Shown piece by piece: positions 36,509 to 48,165 of a stretch of DNA of 64,000 nt (its first letter is position 1; the number at the start of each line of letters is the position of its first letter). The position numbers and the translations under genes are program-made. The notes beneath the pieces were generated by a model. That model searched no databases. It saw only the letters and a list, made by a program, of their open reading frames with translations, and had not been told where the DNA came from. The DNA is taken from the NCBI GenBank assembly GCA_028534125.1, contig CM052817.1:53260001-53324000 (forward strand), given 5' to 3'. This DNA comes from Lama glama. Lineage: Eukaryota.

Positions 36509-36848
36509 TGCTATGGTCTAAATGTGTCTCTTCAAAATTTCTATGTTGAAATCCTAATGTCCAAGATGATAGTATGGGGGTGGAGCCTTGGGAGGTGATG
36601 AGCGCTCATGAGTGGAATTAGATTAATGAGTCACGAGAGGGCAGCCTTCCCTCTGCTCTCTGCTGTGTGAGGACACAGTGAGAAGTAAGCAGCCTGTGAC
36701 CGGAAGAGAGGCTTCACCAAAACTCGAGCATGCTCACACCCTGACCCCAGGCATCCAGTCTTCAGAACTGAGAGAAATAAATTTCTATTACTTATAAGCC
36801 ATCCAGTCTGTGGTATTTTGTTAAAATAGCCCTGACAGACTTAAGACA
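36509..36848 (+). mobile_element. MaLR solo LTR (MLT1A-like)
   Basis: TG...CA ends ('tgctatggtctaaatgtgtc...ttaagaca'), 'tgttgaaatcctaa', 'gtgaggacacagtgagaag', 'cagaactgagagaaataaatttct...taagccatccagtctgtggtattttgtt'. Confidence 0.92.
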
Positions 36849-36903
36849 AATTGTCTACCCATCCTGTTATTTTATACTTTAGTTATATTAAAGGATGATA
36901 CTT

Positions 36904-38028
36904 GTGACAGATTATACTTTCCAAGGAAAGGCACAAGGCAATCTCCTATCGGACATGCTTGTGTGTAATGTGGCATTGTCACTCTCTCATCAAGAGATGG
37001 AGTCTCTCTCTCTCTCTCTCTCTCCCTTTTAACCTAGTAGGTCCTATAACTGCATTGACCAATAGAATACAGCAGAAATGACGCTGTGCCAGTTCCAGGG
37101 GTTGACATAACTAGCCTGGAAACTTCCTTCCACTGCCTGCCACTTGGAAGCTGCCTAACCTTATAAAGTGCAATGACCCTGACACCAACATGCTGTGAAA
37201 AGTTCAAAGTTCATGCTCATGGAGGGTGTTATCCTGTAGAGAGAGACAGAGAGACAGACAGAGACAGAGACAAAGAAACAGAGACCAGAATCATCAAGGT
37301 TCCAGACATTTGAGTAAAAACCCACCTAAAAGTGAAACCCCAATCCCCAGCCAACATCACATAGATCAGAAAGAAACCAAGTAGATCGTTTTCTTCCAGA
37401 ATCTGTAACATAAAAATAGGGGCAAAATAGAATAATTTTACATGATTACATTTCAGGGTATTTGTTATTAATTTTCCATAAGGGACTTGTTAACTGGACA
37501 CAGGATGCTGCCATAACAAGACAGACAGAGGAACCCGGAGGGGTCTTGAAGAGACATAAGGGAAGACTGGAAAGATGGTGGGAGAATTGTATTTGAGTTA
37601 GAGAAAGCTGACCACGTACTGGTGGAAAGTTCAGTGAAACTGCTGCCTGTGATTACAGAGAAAACAGAAAATGTTTTTTAATAAATTCAGAGAAGGAGAT
37701 ACTCAGACAGGAAGTTGAAAGTACCAACAGGTTTCTTCCCGCTATAAAAAGCCAAAGCCATTTGTAGAGGCCATGGAGGATGAAACTACAGGGAAAGAAA
37801 GAGCGAGATCAAGTCCAAGGAGCTCCAAAGTGCCTGGCGTGTTAGCAAAAGGCCATCTTGAAAGTGCTTCTTCTGGCTTCAGTAGCCCCAGTTGACAGCA
37901 CATTCAGACACAAACCATCCAACCATTCACCTCCCAAATTTCTGTGTCTTAAATTGTGAGCAAATAAATTATTACTTGAAGCCACTGTGTTTTGACTGGG
38001 TTTGTTATGAAGCAATAAATAACTAGAA
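36904..38028 (+). mobile_element. MaLR element remnant: MLT1G/H-like LTR, internal segment and partial 3' LTR
   Basis: LTR 'tgtgacagatt...catcaagagatggagtct...tgaccaatagaatacagcagaaatgacgctgtgccagttcc'; internal-like 'gatgctgccataacaa...gtgaaactgctgcctgtg...ggagatactcagacaggaagttgaaag'; LTR end 'aagccactgtgttttg...tttgttatgaagcaataaataactagaa'. Confidence 0.7.
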
Positions 38029-38359
38029 TCTAGTGACTATTTTTCCAGTGTAACTGTCATTTAAATAAACTACTCAATTTTTTTTTAATTGCAGAAAATG
38101 TTAGAATACTGGCTCTAAATGTGCCATTAAAGGTTACAGACATTTCTAAACAATAAATAGCATCTAGAATTAACAGCTGTGCAATTGGATTTTCAGAATT
38201 GTTTTGTATTTTCTAAAAACTATATTATTTATATAAAAAGATCAATTTTTAGTATTACTTTCTTTGTTTATGTTTTCTTCTATTTAAGGGAAGCCAAATA
38301 AAATCAGTCTAACAGTTGACACATCCAGAAATGATTGTGTGTGCCCACATGTATGTTTG

Positions 38360-39800
38360 TTAATGTTTCCTCTCAGTCCTTTGAATATATTTCATTGCTG
38401 CCTGCCATCCATTTTTGTTGATGAGAAGCTTGTTTTCAGACTGTCATTCCTTTGTAGTCAGTTTTTCTTTAGTCTCTTACAGCTTTAAAGGTTTTTTTCT
38501 GTACTGTGTTCTGTAGTATCACTACAGTAGAGTAGGGATGGATTAACAGTATTTATCTTCTAGCAGTTAGTGTGTATTTAAATCTGAAGACTAAGATAAT
38601 TCTTCAATTTTGAAAAAATTTTAGGCATTTTCACTTTAGAGAAGCCTTCCACCTATTCTCCTGTCGTATCAGTGACAGTAGACTCATAAGCATATTCTCT
38701 GTACTCTCAACTTCTCTTTTCCATTTAGTTTATCATTCTATCCTTCATTCCAGGTGTACTTCTCAGTACACTCTTTCCATTTGTGCTCAATCTGAAGGTC
38801 ATGGTGCCATAAGAAGTTTTAATTTTATATTAGTTACTGTATTTTAATATCTGAAGTCTGTAATTGGATTTTAATATCCATCAGTTCTTACATGAGTCTG
38901 TCTTTGTTTCATAATTTCTTACTGTTTTTAGGGATGTTATATTTATTCCATTTTTTCTTTTAGGATGTCAACATACTTTAAATTATTTTGAATTGCTGTT
39001 TGCATTTCATTGCTTTGCTCCTATTTCTCAACTGTTGATTTTACTGATTTTTTTTTTTTTTTTAGTGTTAGCTTTTCTCATGCTTGGAATATTTGCAAAA
39101 ATCTCAGATTTAAATATCTCTCAGCTTCACCATTATGGTGACGTCTGAGGCTGGAGAAAATAATGAATCTGTCCAGACTACCCTCAAGTTTCCATCCAGT
39201 GAAAAATACCCAGATGAAGCCCCCACTTTATGAAATAAAGGACATCCCTCTCTCATCCCTCCTCTGTCTCTCTCCTCCCTCCTCCTCCCTCCATCCTTGT
39301 CCGATCATTTTGCATCTGCTTCCACCTGGTTTCCAAGACCCTGTCTGGAATTAGGAATTATATCAACTCTCATACCACAACAACCCAGGGCTATTCCAGA
39401 TCTAGTCACTGAGCTACCAGTTAGTTCTGGGAGGGGTTCTGGGGTGATTTCTTCACTTTCCTCCTTCTTTCAATGATATACATGTCATTGCTCCTAGAAA
39501 TGTTCAAAGCTTTGTGGGTCTCCTTTCTCTCATGGAGAGGGAGTCTTATTCCAGCCCTCATTTCCATGCCGAGTAGCTGGTTCTTTTCCTCTGTCCCAGC
39601 GATTTGCTACTCATTGTCTTCACCCCATGGGAGCTGAAATGTGATGATGCCTTTGTTTACTTAAAGTTCTTCACATTAGGATGCTCTAAGTTTTAGGACC
39701 AACTTTTGAAAGTAATTTTTTAAAATTTCAGTTTTGTCATGTTTGGAAGAAAGGGGGAAGTTTTAAGTATGAATTGACAAAAAGAGCCATACTGACAAAA
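38360..39800 (-). mobile_element. Ancient L1M/HAL1-like ORF1/5' region, antisense
   Basis: 'ttgttgatgagaagcttg', 'aatctgaagact...ttcttcaattttgaaaaaattttaggcatt'; T-rich; very diverged. Confidence 0.5.
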
Positions 39801-40377
39801 ATCTCCTGAGAGCTCACTACTGCTTATGTTCCCTGTAAGCACATGTTCCCTGTCCTCCAGTCTAGACACCAAAACTTTGACTCTAAAAATCAGGCAACAT
39901 CCATCTTTTTCAGATATCTATATGCTGTAAAGAAGTTTTTGCCAGAGAAATTGGGTAAGTACAATAAAAAATATTCATTAAAAAGAAAAGTGTTTAACTC
40001 AGTTATTGAAACATCTAAACTTCATTACATAAAAAATAATAAAATGGATAATGATAAAATATACCTTAATAACTTCTCTTTTCTTGTTATCCAGAAACAG
40101 GGAATAGATCTAGAGTAGTTGAACTAAGAGTTTGCTTCAGATTCTGACTACTTTCTATTTTGTATGTATTTGATCCTGCCATGTATCATTGGCTGCCTTG
40201 CAGAAATTTTACACTGAGTCTTCCAATATTAATCACAGATGGTCATTATTCTTTTCCTTCTTAATATTGGTAATGGTTGTATAATACTTCTCTCCTTTTC
40301 TATCTAACTAGATCCCTGGAAATGTATTTCTCTCAGTGGGGTCTATATTCCTGCTTTGCTCAGGACAGGTGAAAGAC

Positions 40378-40942
40378 TTTTTTTTAAAATTGAAGTATAT
40401 AGTTGATTTACAATGTTGTGTTAGTTTCAGGTGTACAATAAAGTGATTCAATTTTATATGTATATATATATGTGTGTATACATATTCTTTTACAGATTCT
40501 TTTCCATACGATGTTGAATATAGTTCCCTGTACTATACAGTAGAAACTTGTTGTTTATCTATTTTGTAAATGGTAGTGTGTATCTGCTAATCCCAAGCTC
40601 CTAAATTATCCTTTCCTCTCTTTTACCCTTTGGTAACCATAAGTTTGTTTTCTATGTTTGTGAGTCTGTTTCTGTTTTGTAAATAAGTTCATTTGTATCA
40701 CTTGTTTAGATTCTGCATACAAGTGATATCATATGGTATTTTTCTTTCTCTTTCTGGTTTACTTCACTTAGTATGACAATTTCCAGGTCCATCCATGTTG
40801 CTGCAAATGGCATTATTTATTCTTTTTTACAGCTGAGTAATATTCCATTGAGTGTGTGTGTGCGTTTGTGTCTGTGTGTGTGTCTCTGTGTGTGTACATA
40901 CCACATCTTCTTTATTCATTAATCTGTCAGTGGAAACTTACA
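40378..40942 (-). mobile_element. L1 3' segment (non-inverted part of a twin-primed insertion)
   Basis: Poly-T then 'aattgaagtatatagttgatttacaatgttgtgttagtttcaggtgtac...ccctttggtaaccataagtttgttttctatg...ccacatcttctttattcatt'. Confidence 0.93.
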
Positions 40943-41556
40943 GGTATAATTGTCATTATATCCAGATGACATGATACTCTATAGCAAAAACTCAAAGACT
41001 CCACACAAAAACTATTAGAACTGACAAATGAATTCATCAAAGTAGCAGGATACAGGATTAAATATAAAAATTTGTTCCATTTCTCTACACTAACCATGAA
41101 ATATCAGGAAGAGAAAGTAAAAAAAAAGAAATCCCTTTTAAAATCTCATCCAAAAAATAAAATATTTAGGAATAAACCTGACCAAGGGCCAAGGAAGTGA
41201 AAGAATTATATGCTAAGAACTATAAAACATTGATAAAGAATCTTGAAGTTGATTCAAAGAAATGGAAAGGTATTCTGTGCTCTTGGATTGGAAGAATTAA
41301 TACTGTTAAAATAGCCATACTACCCAAAGCAATCTACAGATTTAATGCAATCCCTATCAAATTACCCAGGACATTTTTCACAGAACCAGAACAAATAGTC
41401 TTAAAAATTATATGGGACCACAAAGACTCAGAATTGCCCAAGCAATCCTGAGGAAAAAGAACAAAGCTGGACGCATAACTCTCTCAGACTTCAGACAGTA
41501 GTACAAAGCTACAGTAATCAAAACAGTGTGGTAATAGCACAAAAGCAGACATATGA
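40943..41556 (+). mobile_element. L1 ORF2 (RT region) inverted segment of the same insertion
   Basis: 'ttatatccagatgacatgatactctat' encodes LYPDDMILY (RT FADD motif). ORF 41197-41451 ([36 protein letters not shown]) matches ORF2p. TSD AAAGACTTTTT at 40372-40382 and 41559-41569. Confidence 0.93.
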
Positions 41557-41855
41557 TAAAAGACTTTTTAAACTAACTTTGTTGGAAAAAAGTTAACATA
41601 TGTTTCCATCTAAAGAGTGATCTCCACGGACAAAAGAACACAAATCCCAAGAATCTTCCCACCTAACACTAGTGAATTCTAATCACAATCAGTAGTTTGT
41701 TTTGCATTACTGTGTAGTTACTCCATGGTCAATATCACATAGATCAATTAAATATAGACAGTGTCAAATAATGATAGTACATATAGAAGGGCATAATTCT
41801 TACCTTTAAGCAGTCTATTTAGAAAGACAATGGCTAAACTTTTCAGTACATTAAT

Positions 41856-42000
41856 CTTTTTTAATAATTTATTTTTTTGAAGGGGGGAGGTAATTAGGCT
41901 TATTTATTTATGTACTTTTTGAATGGAGGAACTGGGGATTGAAACCAGGACCCTGTGCACACTAGGCATGTGCTCTACCACTGAGCTATATCTTCCCCTC
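41856..42000 (-). mobile_element. tRNA-derived SINE of camelid Vic-1 type
   Basis: Minus strand GAGGGGAAGATATAGCTCAGTGGTAGAGCACATGCCTAGTGTGCACAGGGTCCTGGTTTCAATCCCCAG (A and B boxes), then AAATAAATAAGCCTAATTACCTCCCCCC and an A-rich tail. Imperfect TSD tcagtacattaat (41843-41855) / tcagagcattaat (42001-42013). Confidence 0.9.
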
Positions 42001-42014
42001 TCAGAGCATTAATT

Positions 42015-42560
42015 TTGTTCTGTGTAGGGTGGACTGAAGGAAGATGGAAGCAACAGAGAGATACGTAGGAGAAAACTGCAGTGGCAATTTGAGGTAACAA
42101 GGGCTTAGATCATAATGATGGCCTGGGAATGAGAAGAGCAAACCAAGAAACGTGTATAAAATAAGGAGTCAACATACTGGACACAGGACCTGAGAAATAA
42201 AAAAGAGCAGTAAAAATGGATGATGGTAAGGATGATAATAGACAAAAACAGCAAGAAAAATAACAACAGGTTACACTTGCTTAGTGCTGACTCAACTATT
42301 TCAAACAGAGGAAAATGAAACAATGTTAGCACCAGGGACAGAACCTGGAAAGAGAGTAATTTAAATGAGAAAAATTGTTGAATTATAGAAATTCCAAGTT
42401 TTGTGTGACTGTAGGTTATGTAAAAAGAGAAGCCCTGAGTCAGCTGAAGATAAGAAGTGTATACTTTCAAGCATCAGTGGAGACAAAATTTGAAAAGACA
42501 GCAAGATAAGGTGGAACAGAGTCGAAGAATACTCAAGAAACAGAATAAAATGAGAAATAT
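42015..42560 (-). mobile_element. Degraded L2
   Basis: 'ggaagcaacagagagatacgtaggagaaaactgcagtggcaatttgagg...ataatgatggcctgg...aggagtcaacatactggacacaggacc'. Confidence 0.5.
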
Positions 42561-43268
42561 AGAGTGTAATTTATCTTAGAAGATTTAGTTACTTTTATAA
42601 AATCTATATAAGTTCTGAGGACTTAGAGAGAAAGGGAATTTTACATTTTCCTTATCTCTTCAGCAAATAAGTAATGAAGTAATATCTTTTTTTCTTACTA
42701 CTTTTTCTTTCTAGAACTTTCTTAACATGAATATCTATGCTCTAATTGTGTTGCCTAATTGCCAAATAGCATCCCTCAAAAGCTTTGAATCCCTGTGGTA
42801 AAAGCCACTATAGGAAACTAAAAATTCCATGGGTTCTTTCTGTAAATGCATTCTCATTTTTATCTGTAATTTAATGCAAAAGAAAAGTTATCATTTTAGA
42901 CATGCAGCAACATGAAGGATGCCTGAATCCATAATGGCCACTAAAATTATCTCTTTGGAATGTCTTAAAGTACCTTGAAATACATCGTGAATTATAAAAC
43001 TGCAACGATTTTCCTGGATTTTTTTTTTCTTTTTTCACGCAACAAAGATCTAAAAAGAATTACTAGGATATGGAGATAATGACCACTCCAGTTTGTTTTG
43101 TATTTCTGATTTACTTCAACGCAATGTTTTCTAACAAGCTAGCTTATTCGATGTCCCAAAACAAACTTTCAAGTGAACATATTAATATGGAGCTCACATA
43201 GTGTCATTTGTGTCCCTTTCTGCCTTGGCACAAAAGTCTACTCTGCAGAGTGTTCCAAAGAGAATTCT

Positions 43269-43287
43269 GTAACACTGGGTGGCGCTA
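43269..43287 (+). promoter_or_regulatory. Candidate CTCF binding site
   Basis: GTAACACTGGGTGGCGCTA compared with the CTCF core consensus TGGCCACCAGGGGGCGCTA. The 3' GGTGGCGCTA block fits well, the CpG is retained, and the site lies in apparently unique sequence. Confidence 0.55.
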
Positions 43288-43999
43288 TATACTAACAGAA
43301 AAAAGATTTATTTAGCTTGCATATAGGTTTTTCTAGCTTCAGTTCATCTTTGCAGTCTTGACATTAAGCATCACTAGATATTATTTTTCTGGTCCTTCTG
43401 ATATTCCACTCACACAAACGTCTGCTGCAAATTGGCCTATTAGCAAGGAAAATGTCAGCCATGTTGCTCTACCTAGGTAACATGGTCATGATAAGCATTA
43501 TGACAAATAAACTGGAAGAAAATAAAAACATTTGATAGAGAGGCATTTTTCCCTCATGCTGATGACTGAGGATATTTGTTGGGGAGAAACATTAAACAAA
43601 TTACAAGTTTGCACAGCCAGTGAATTCCAGAGTAGCATCACATTTTCTACAACTTGTTTTTTTTTTTTTAACAGTGATGTACTAATTCATTAAGTGTAAT
43701 ATTGAAGTTATTTAATTTACTCACCTGGATCTTTCCAGAGTCACTCATACAAATTGAGCTATCTTTTTCAGGAAATTGGATACTGAGGCATTTATATTCA
43801 GAAGGCATAAATAGAAAGGTTTTCCGATATGTTAACAGAGTATTTGTTGTACAACTGAAGACTGAAAAGCACAGTGGAAGATGGTATTAATTAAACATTA
43901 GAATCTCTAATTAAAATAATAACAGAACATAAAATATATTTTTGAGGGCAGGAGTTTATCATTTTTCTCTTACAAGTGAATATAACTAATCTGTATTAT

Positions 44000-45160
44000 T
44001 TTTTAAATTATCAAATAAAGAATAACGTTGGCATCTGAATGTCCTCTTTCACCAGCACCCTCCCTCTACACTTACCATTCATACCTAAAACCCAGAAATA
44101 AAAGTTGGTGCATCCATCCAGACCTTTTTACATGTATGAAGTACACTTTTACATATATGCACATTTTTTATTTTATACTAATAGGCTCATACTATGTATA
44201 TGGTTCAACAATTTGCTTTTTAAATTAAAAACATTATAAATATATTTCTGTCAACATAAGGGTCCAATTAATTATTTTTAATGCAGCATGATATTCTATA
44301 GCATGGAAAGGTCATAAATTCTTATTTTTCTAATCAAATTTTTAGAGCATTTCCCTCCTTATTACAAGCATTGTTGCAATAAACATTCTTGTGCATACAT
44401 CTCTGTGCATGTGTATATTTCTGTTAGATGGATTTTAGAAGCAGAATTGCTGAAGCCAAAGGGATACATACTTTCCTAATCTGTCTAATTTTCCATTTTC
44501 TTCAATAGTGTTAGAAGAGTGGCTTGTTGGAACCTCAACTCCAGTTCTTGGGAAAAAAAAACAGTATCAATTTTTAAAAACATCTCCTCATATTTAAGTA
44601 TTGGGATGCTATATCTCTGCTGTTTTCATTGCTGAGTACATGTGAAATTGTGGATTGTTGTATATTTGTATTTATGGGTTTTCCATTGTAAATTACATAT
44701 TCATGTCACCTTTGTACATTGGCATACTAGGCTAATTCTTATTTCTATACTGCATTATAAAAGACTTTTATATTACGTAATTCACTTTATGTTAATAATA
44801 GCCATCATAAATATTTATTCCAGTCTGTCATTTGTCTACTAGCACTGTTTAGTGAACATAAGCTAAGCGTCATCTCTATCATTCTTTTGTTTTATAAATT
44901 CTCATTCTGTGTCTTACCTAAGAAAGCATTTTCCATCCCTAAATTTTCAATATATTTGCATTTATTTTTTGCTACTACTTTTATAGTTCAATTTATTTTA
45001 TTTCTCTCTTTAATTCTTCTAAAATTCAAATTTGTATATGGCATGTAAGAGGGAATTAAACCCTTTTTAGCAAATTTATAGCCAATTTTCCAGACCATTT
45101 ATTAAAGGGTTGATCCCTTCCCCATTGATTTGAAACACTTCTTTAATTATGAACTCAAGA
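44000..45160 (-). mobile_element. Ancient L1ME-type 3' region, antisense
   Basis: 'gcagcatgatattctatagcatgg', 'ttgcaataaacattcttgtgcatacatc...gaagcagaattgctg', 'tagccaattttccagaccatttattaaa'. Confidence 0.75.
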
Positions 45161-45448
45161 AATCTTCGAGCTTTTGAATAAGTGTTTACCTCCTTTGGTT
45201 TTACTGTTTGCACTTTGTTTTATTTTTCTAAAACTTCCGTCATTATAATCAAATGATACTGACAGCATTCATAAGCTAATTTTTAAAACATATTTCATTG
45301 CATGGGGTGTCACTTCTCAAGTTATGATTAAACTGAGTTAAGCTAAACAAGATTAATATTCTTCAAAAAATGTTAAAATGACTTTTTCTATTTTTAACTT
45401 TGTGCCTCAATTCACAGAATGACTCTCTCTAATATTCTTAAAAGATAT

Positions 45449-46948
45449 AGAGCTACAGTAATCAAAACAGCATGGTATTGGCATAAAAACAGACATATGG
45501 ATCAATGGAACAGAACAGAGAACCTAGAAATAAACTAACAGACCTACGGTCAATTAATCTTTGACAAAGAGGCAAGAATATACAATGGAGAAAAGACAGT
45601 CTCTTCAGCAAGTGGTGTTGGGAAAGCTGGACAGCAGCATGTAAAGCAATGAGGTTAGAACACTTCCTTATACCAAAACAAAAATAAACTCAAAATGGCT
45701 TAAAGATTTAAATGTAAGACAAGACACAATAAACTTCCTAGAGGAAAACATAGGCAAAATATTGTCTGACATAAATCTTAGCCATGTTCTCCTAGGGCAG
45801 TCTACCCAAGCAATAAGAATAAAAGCAAAAATAAATAAATGAACCTTATTAAAGCTTTTGCACAGCAAAGGAAACCATAAGCAAAACAAAAAGACAACCT
45901 ATGGAATGGGAAAAAATATTTGCAAAAGAGGAAACTGACATGGGCTTAATTTCCAGAATATTTAAACAGCTCATACAGCGTAACAAGAAAAAAACCCAAC
46001 AACCCAATCCAAAAATGGGCAAAAGACCTAAACAAGCAATTCTCCAAGGAAGAAATACAAATGGCCAAAAGGCACATGGAAAAAATACTCAGCATCACTA
46101 ATTATTAGAGAAATGCAAATCAAAACTACAAGGAGGTATCAACAGTCAGAAAGGCTATCATTAAAAAGTCCACAAATGATAAATGCTGGAGAAGATGTGG
46201 AGAAAAGGGAACCCTCTTATATAGCTGGTGGGAATGTAGTTTGGTGCAGTCATTATGGAAAACAGTATGGAGATTCCTCAAAAAATTAAAAATAGACTTA
46301 CTGGATGATACAGCAACCCACTCCTGGGCATATATCCTGAGGGAACTCTAATTTGAAAGGATAAATGCACCTCCATGCTCATAGTAGCACTATATACAAT
46401 AGTCAAGACATGGAAGCAACCTAAATGTCCATCAACAGATGACTATATAAAGAAGCTGTGGTATATTAATATAATGGAATACTACTCAGCCATGAAAAAT
46501 AATAAAATAATGCCATTTACAACAACATGGATAGATCTGGAGATCATCACTCTAAGTGAAGTAAGCCAGAAAGAGAAAAAAAAAATACCATATGATATCA
46601 CTCATATGTGGAATCTAAAAAAGAAAAAAAGAGGATACTATTGAATTCATCTACAAAACAGAAACAGACTCACAGACATAGTAAACAAACTTACGGTTAC
46701 CAGGGAAAGAGGGTGAGAAGGGATAAATTTGGGAGTTTGAGATTTGCAAATGTTAGCCACTGTATATAAAAATATATTTAAAAAACACAAATTTCTTCTG
46801 CATAGCACAGGGAACCATATTTAATATCTTATAATAACCTTTAGTGAAAAAGAATATGAATATAAATACACGTATGTATATGCATGACTGGGACATTGCA
46901 CTGTACACCAGAAATTAACACATTGTAACTGACTATACTTCAATTTAA
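45449..46948 (+). mobile_element. 5'-truncated camelid-type L1 (~1.5 kb, ORF2 C-terminus plus 3'UTR)
   Basis: ORF2p fragments MEWEKIFAK... and ...KTWKQPKCPSTDDYIKKLWYI..MEYYSA..., with frameshifts. 3' end 'actatacttcaattt' plus A tail. Near-TSD aaaagatat (45440-45448) / aaaagttat (46949-46957) at a TT|AAAA site. Confidence 0.95.
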
Positions 46949-47404
46949 AAAAGTTATCTTTCTCAAGGGATTTAAAAATCACTATCCTGGATCTGGAAAC
47001 TAACAGTCATAAATTGACCTAGGTATGAATCAGTTTATATTGGAAAGAGAAGAGACAATAGTTTTAGTAGTTTTGCAATTATTTCCATTGTACTTCAGTG
47101 GGCATTCTAAAATGTGTCTGTATAGCTTGACTATTTGAGAATACAAGGTTAAACAAAATATTTATCTCAGTAACTTAGATGAAGCCTTTTTGAACTAGAT
47201 AGTTGTCCTTCTGAGACACTTTGTAAAAACATGATTTTATGATAGTTTCTTGACCCCAGGCCACCTTTTCCATTTGGAATATTTTAAATAGGAAAAACAG
47301 TTCTCCACATCTTTGATTACTGCAATTATTGAAAAAAGTGCAATATTTACATTACTATAGTGTGGGGGTGCTATGAACTGTTTTTATTTACATTTCTAAC
47401 AACA

Positions 47405-48165
47405 TATCTGTGGGGTTTTCCTCATATTAACCAACTTTCCAACTTTTTGGACACTAAATGGATGACCTACAATTCAATTCAATTCTGCCATCAATTATCT
47501 GGGGTTAACACACATCCCACAGGTTGAGGGCTCAATCCCACAAAACTGCCCCCAGGTTCAGATGCCAATCACAAGTCCTAGGTCTCCCATATTTCTGATT
47601 GACTGCTATAAATCAGTTCGATAATTTCCTAGAAAGACTCACAGAACTCAGGAGTGGGCTTTACTTACTATTACTAGCTTATTATGAAAGATACACCTCA
47701 AGAACAACCAAATGGAAGAGATGCAAAGGACAAGGTGTGGAGGAAGGGCATGTAACTTTCATATTCTCTCTGGGCACATCACCTCTCAGTACCTTAACCT
47801 CACCAGCCAGGAGGCTTAGTATCCTAGGCATGTTTGATTAAGCGGGTGATCATTGATGATTAATTCAATCTCCAGGTCTCACCTGCCCCAGATGTCAATG
47901 TAACTGAAAGTTACAACTCTCTACACATGCCTTGGTCTTTCTGTAGACCAGAATCCATCCTGAAACTATCCGGGGGACCCTAAAAATCTAAGAGTCACCC
48001 CATTAGCATAAACTCAGGTATGGGTAAAAGGGGCTTACTATAAATAATAAAAGATGCACCTATCACCCTTATCACTCAGGAAATTCCAGAGGTTTTAGAA
48101 GCTGTTTCAAGGACAAATACCAAATATGTATTTCTTATTGTATCTTATTGTATTGTGCTTACACA
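47405..48165 (-). mobile_element. ERV LTR, MER21-like solo LTR
   Basis: The reverse strand begins 'acaataagaaatacatatttggt...aaaacctctggaatttcctgagtgata...cctgagtttatgctaatgg'; also 'aattcaattcaattctg', 'ctcacagaactcagg'. Confidence 0.85.

Noticed and set aside
41925..42000. tRNA-like sequence on the minus strand
   Set aside because: It is the head of a SINE: followed by SINE body, A-rich tail and TSD, with no intact acceptor stem.
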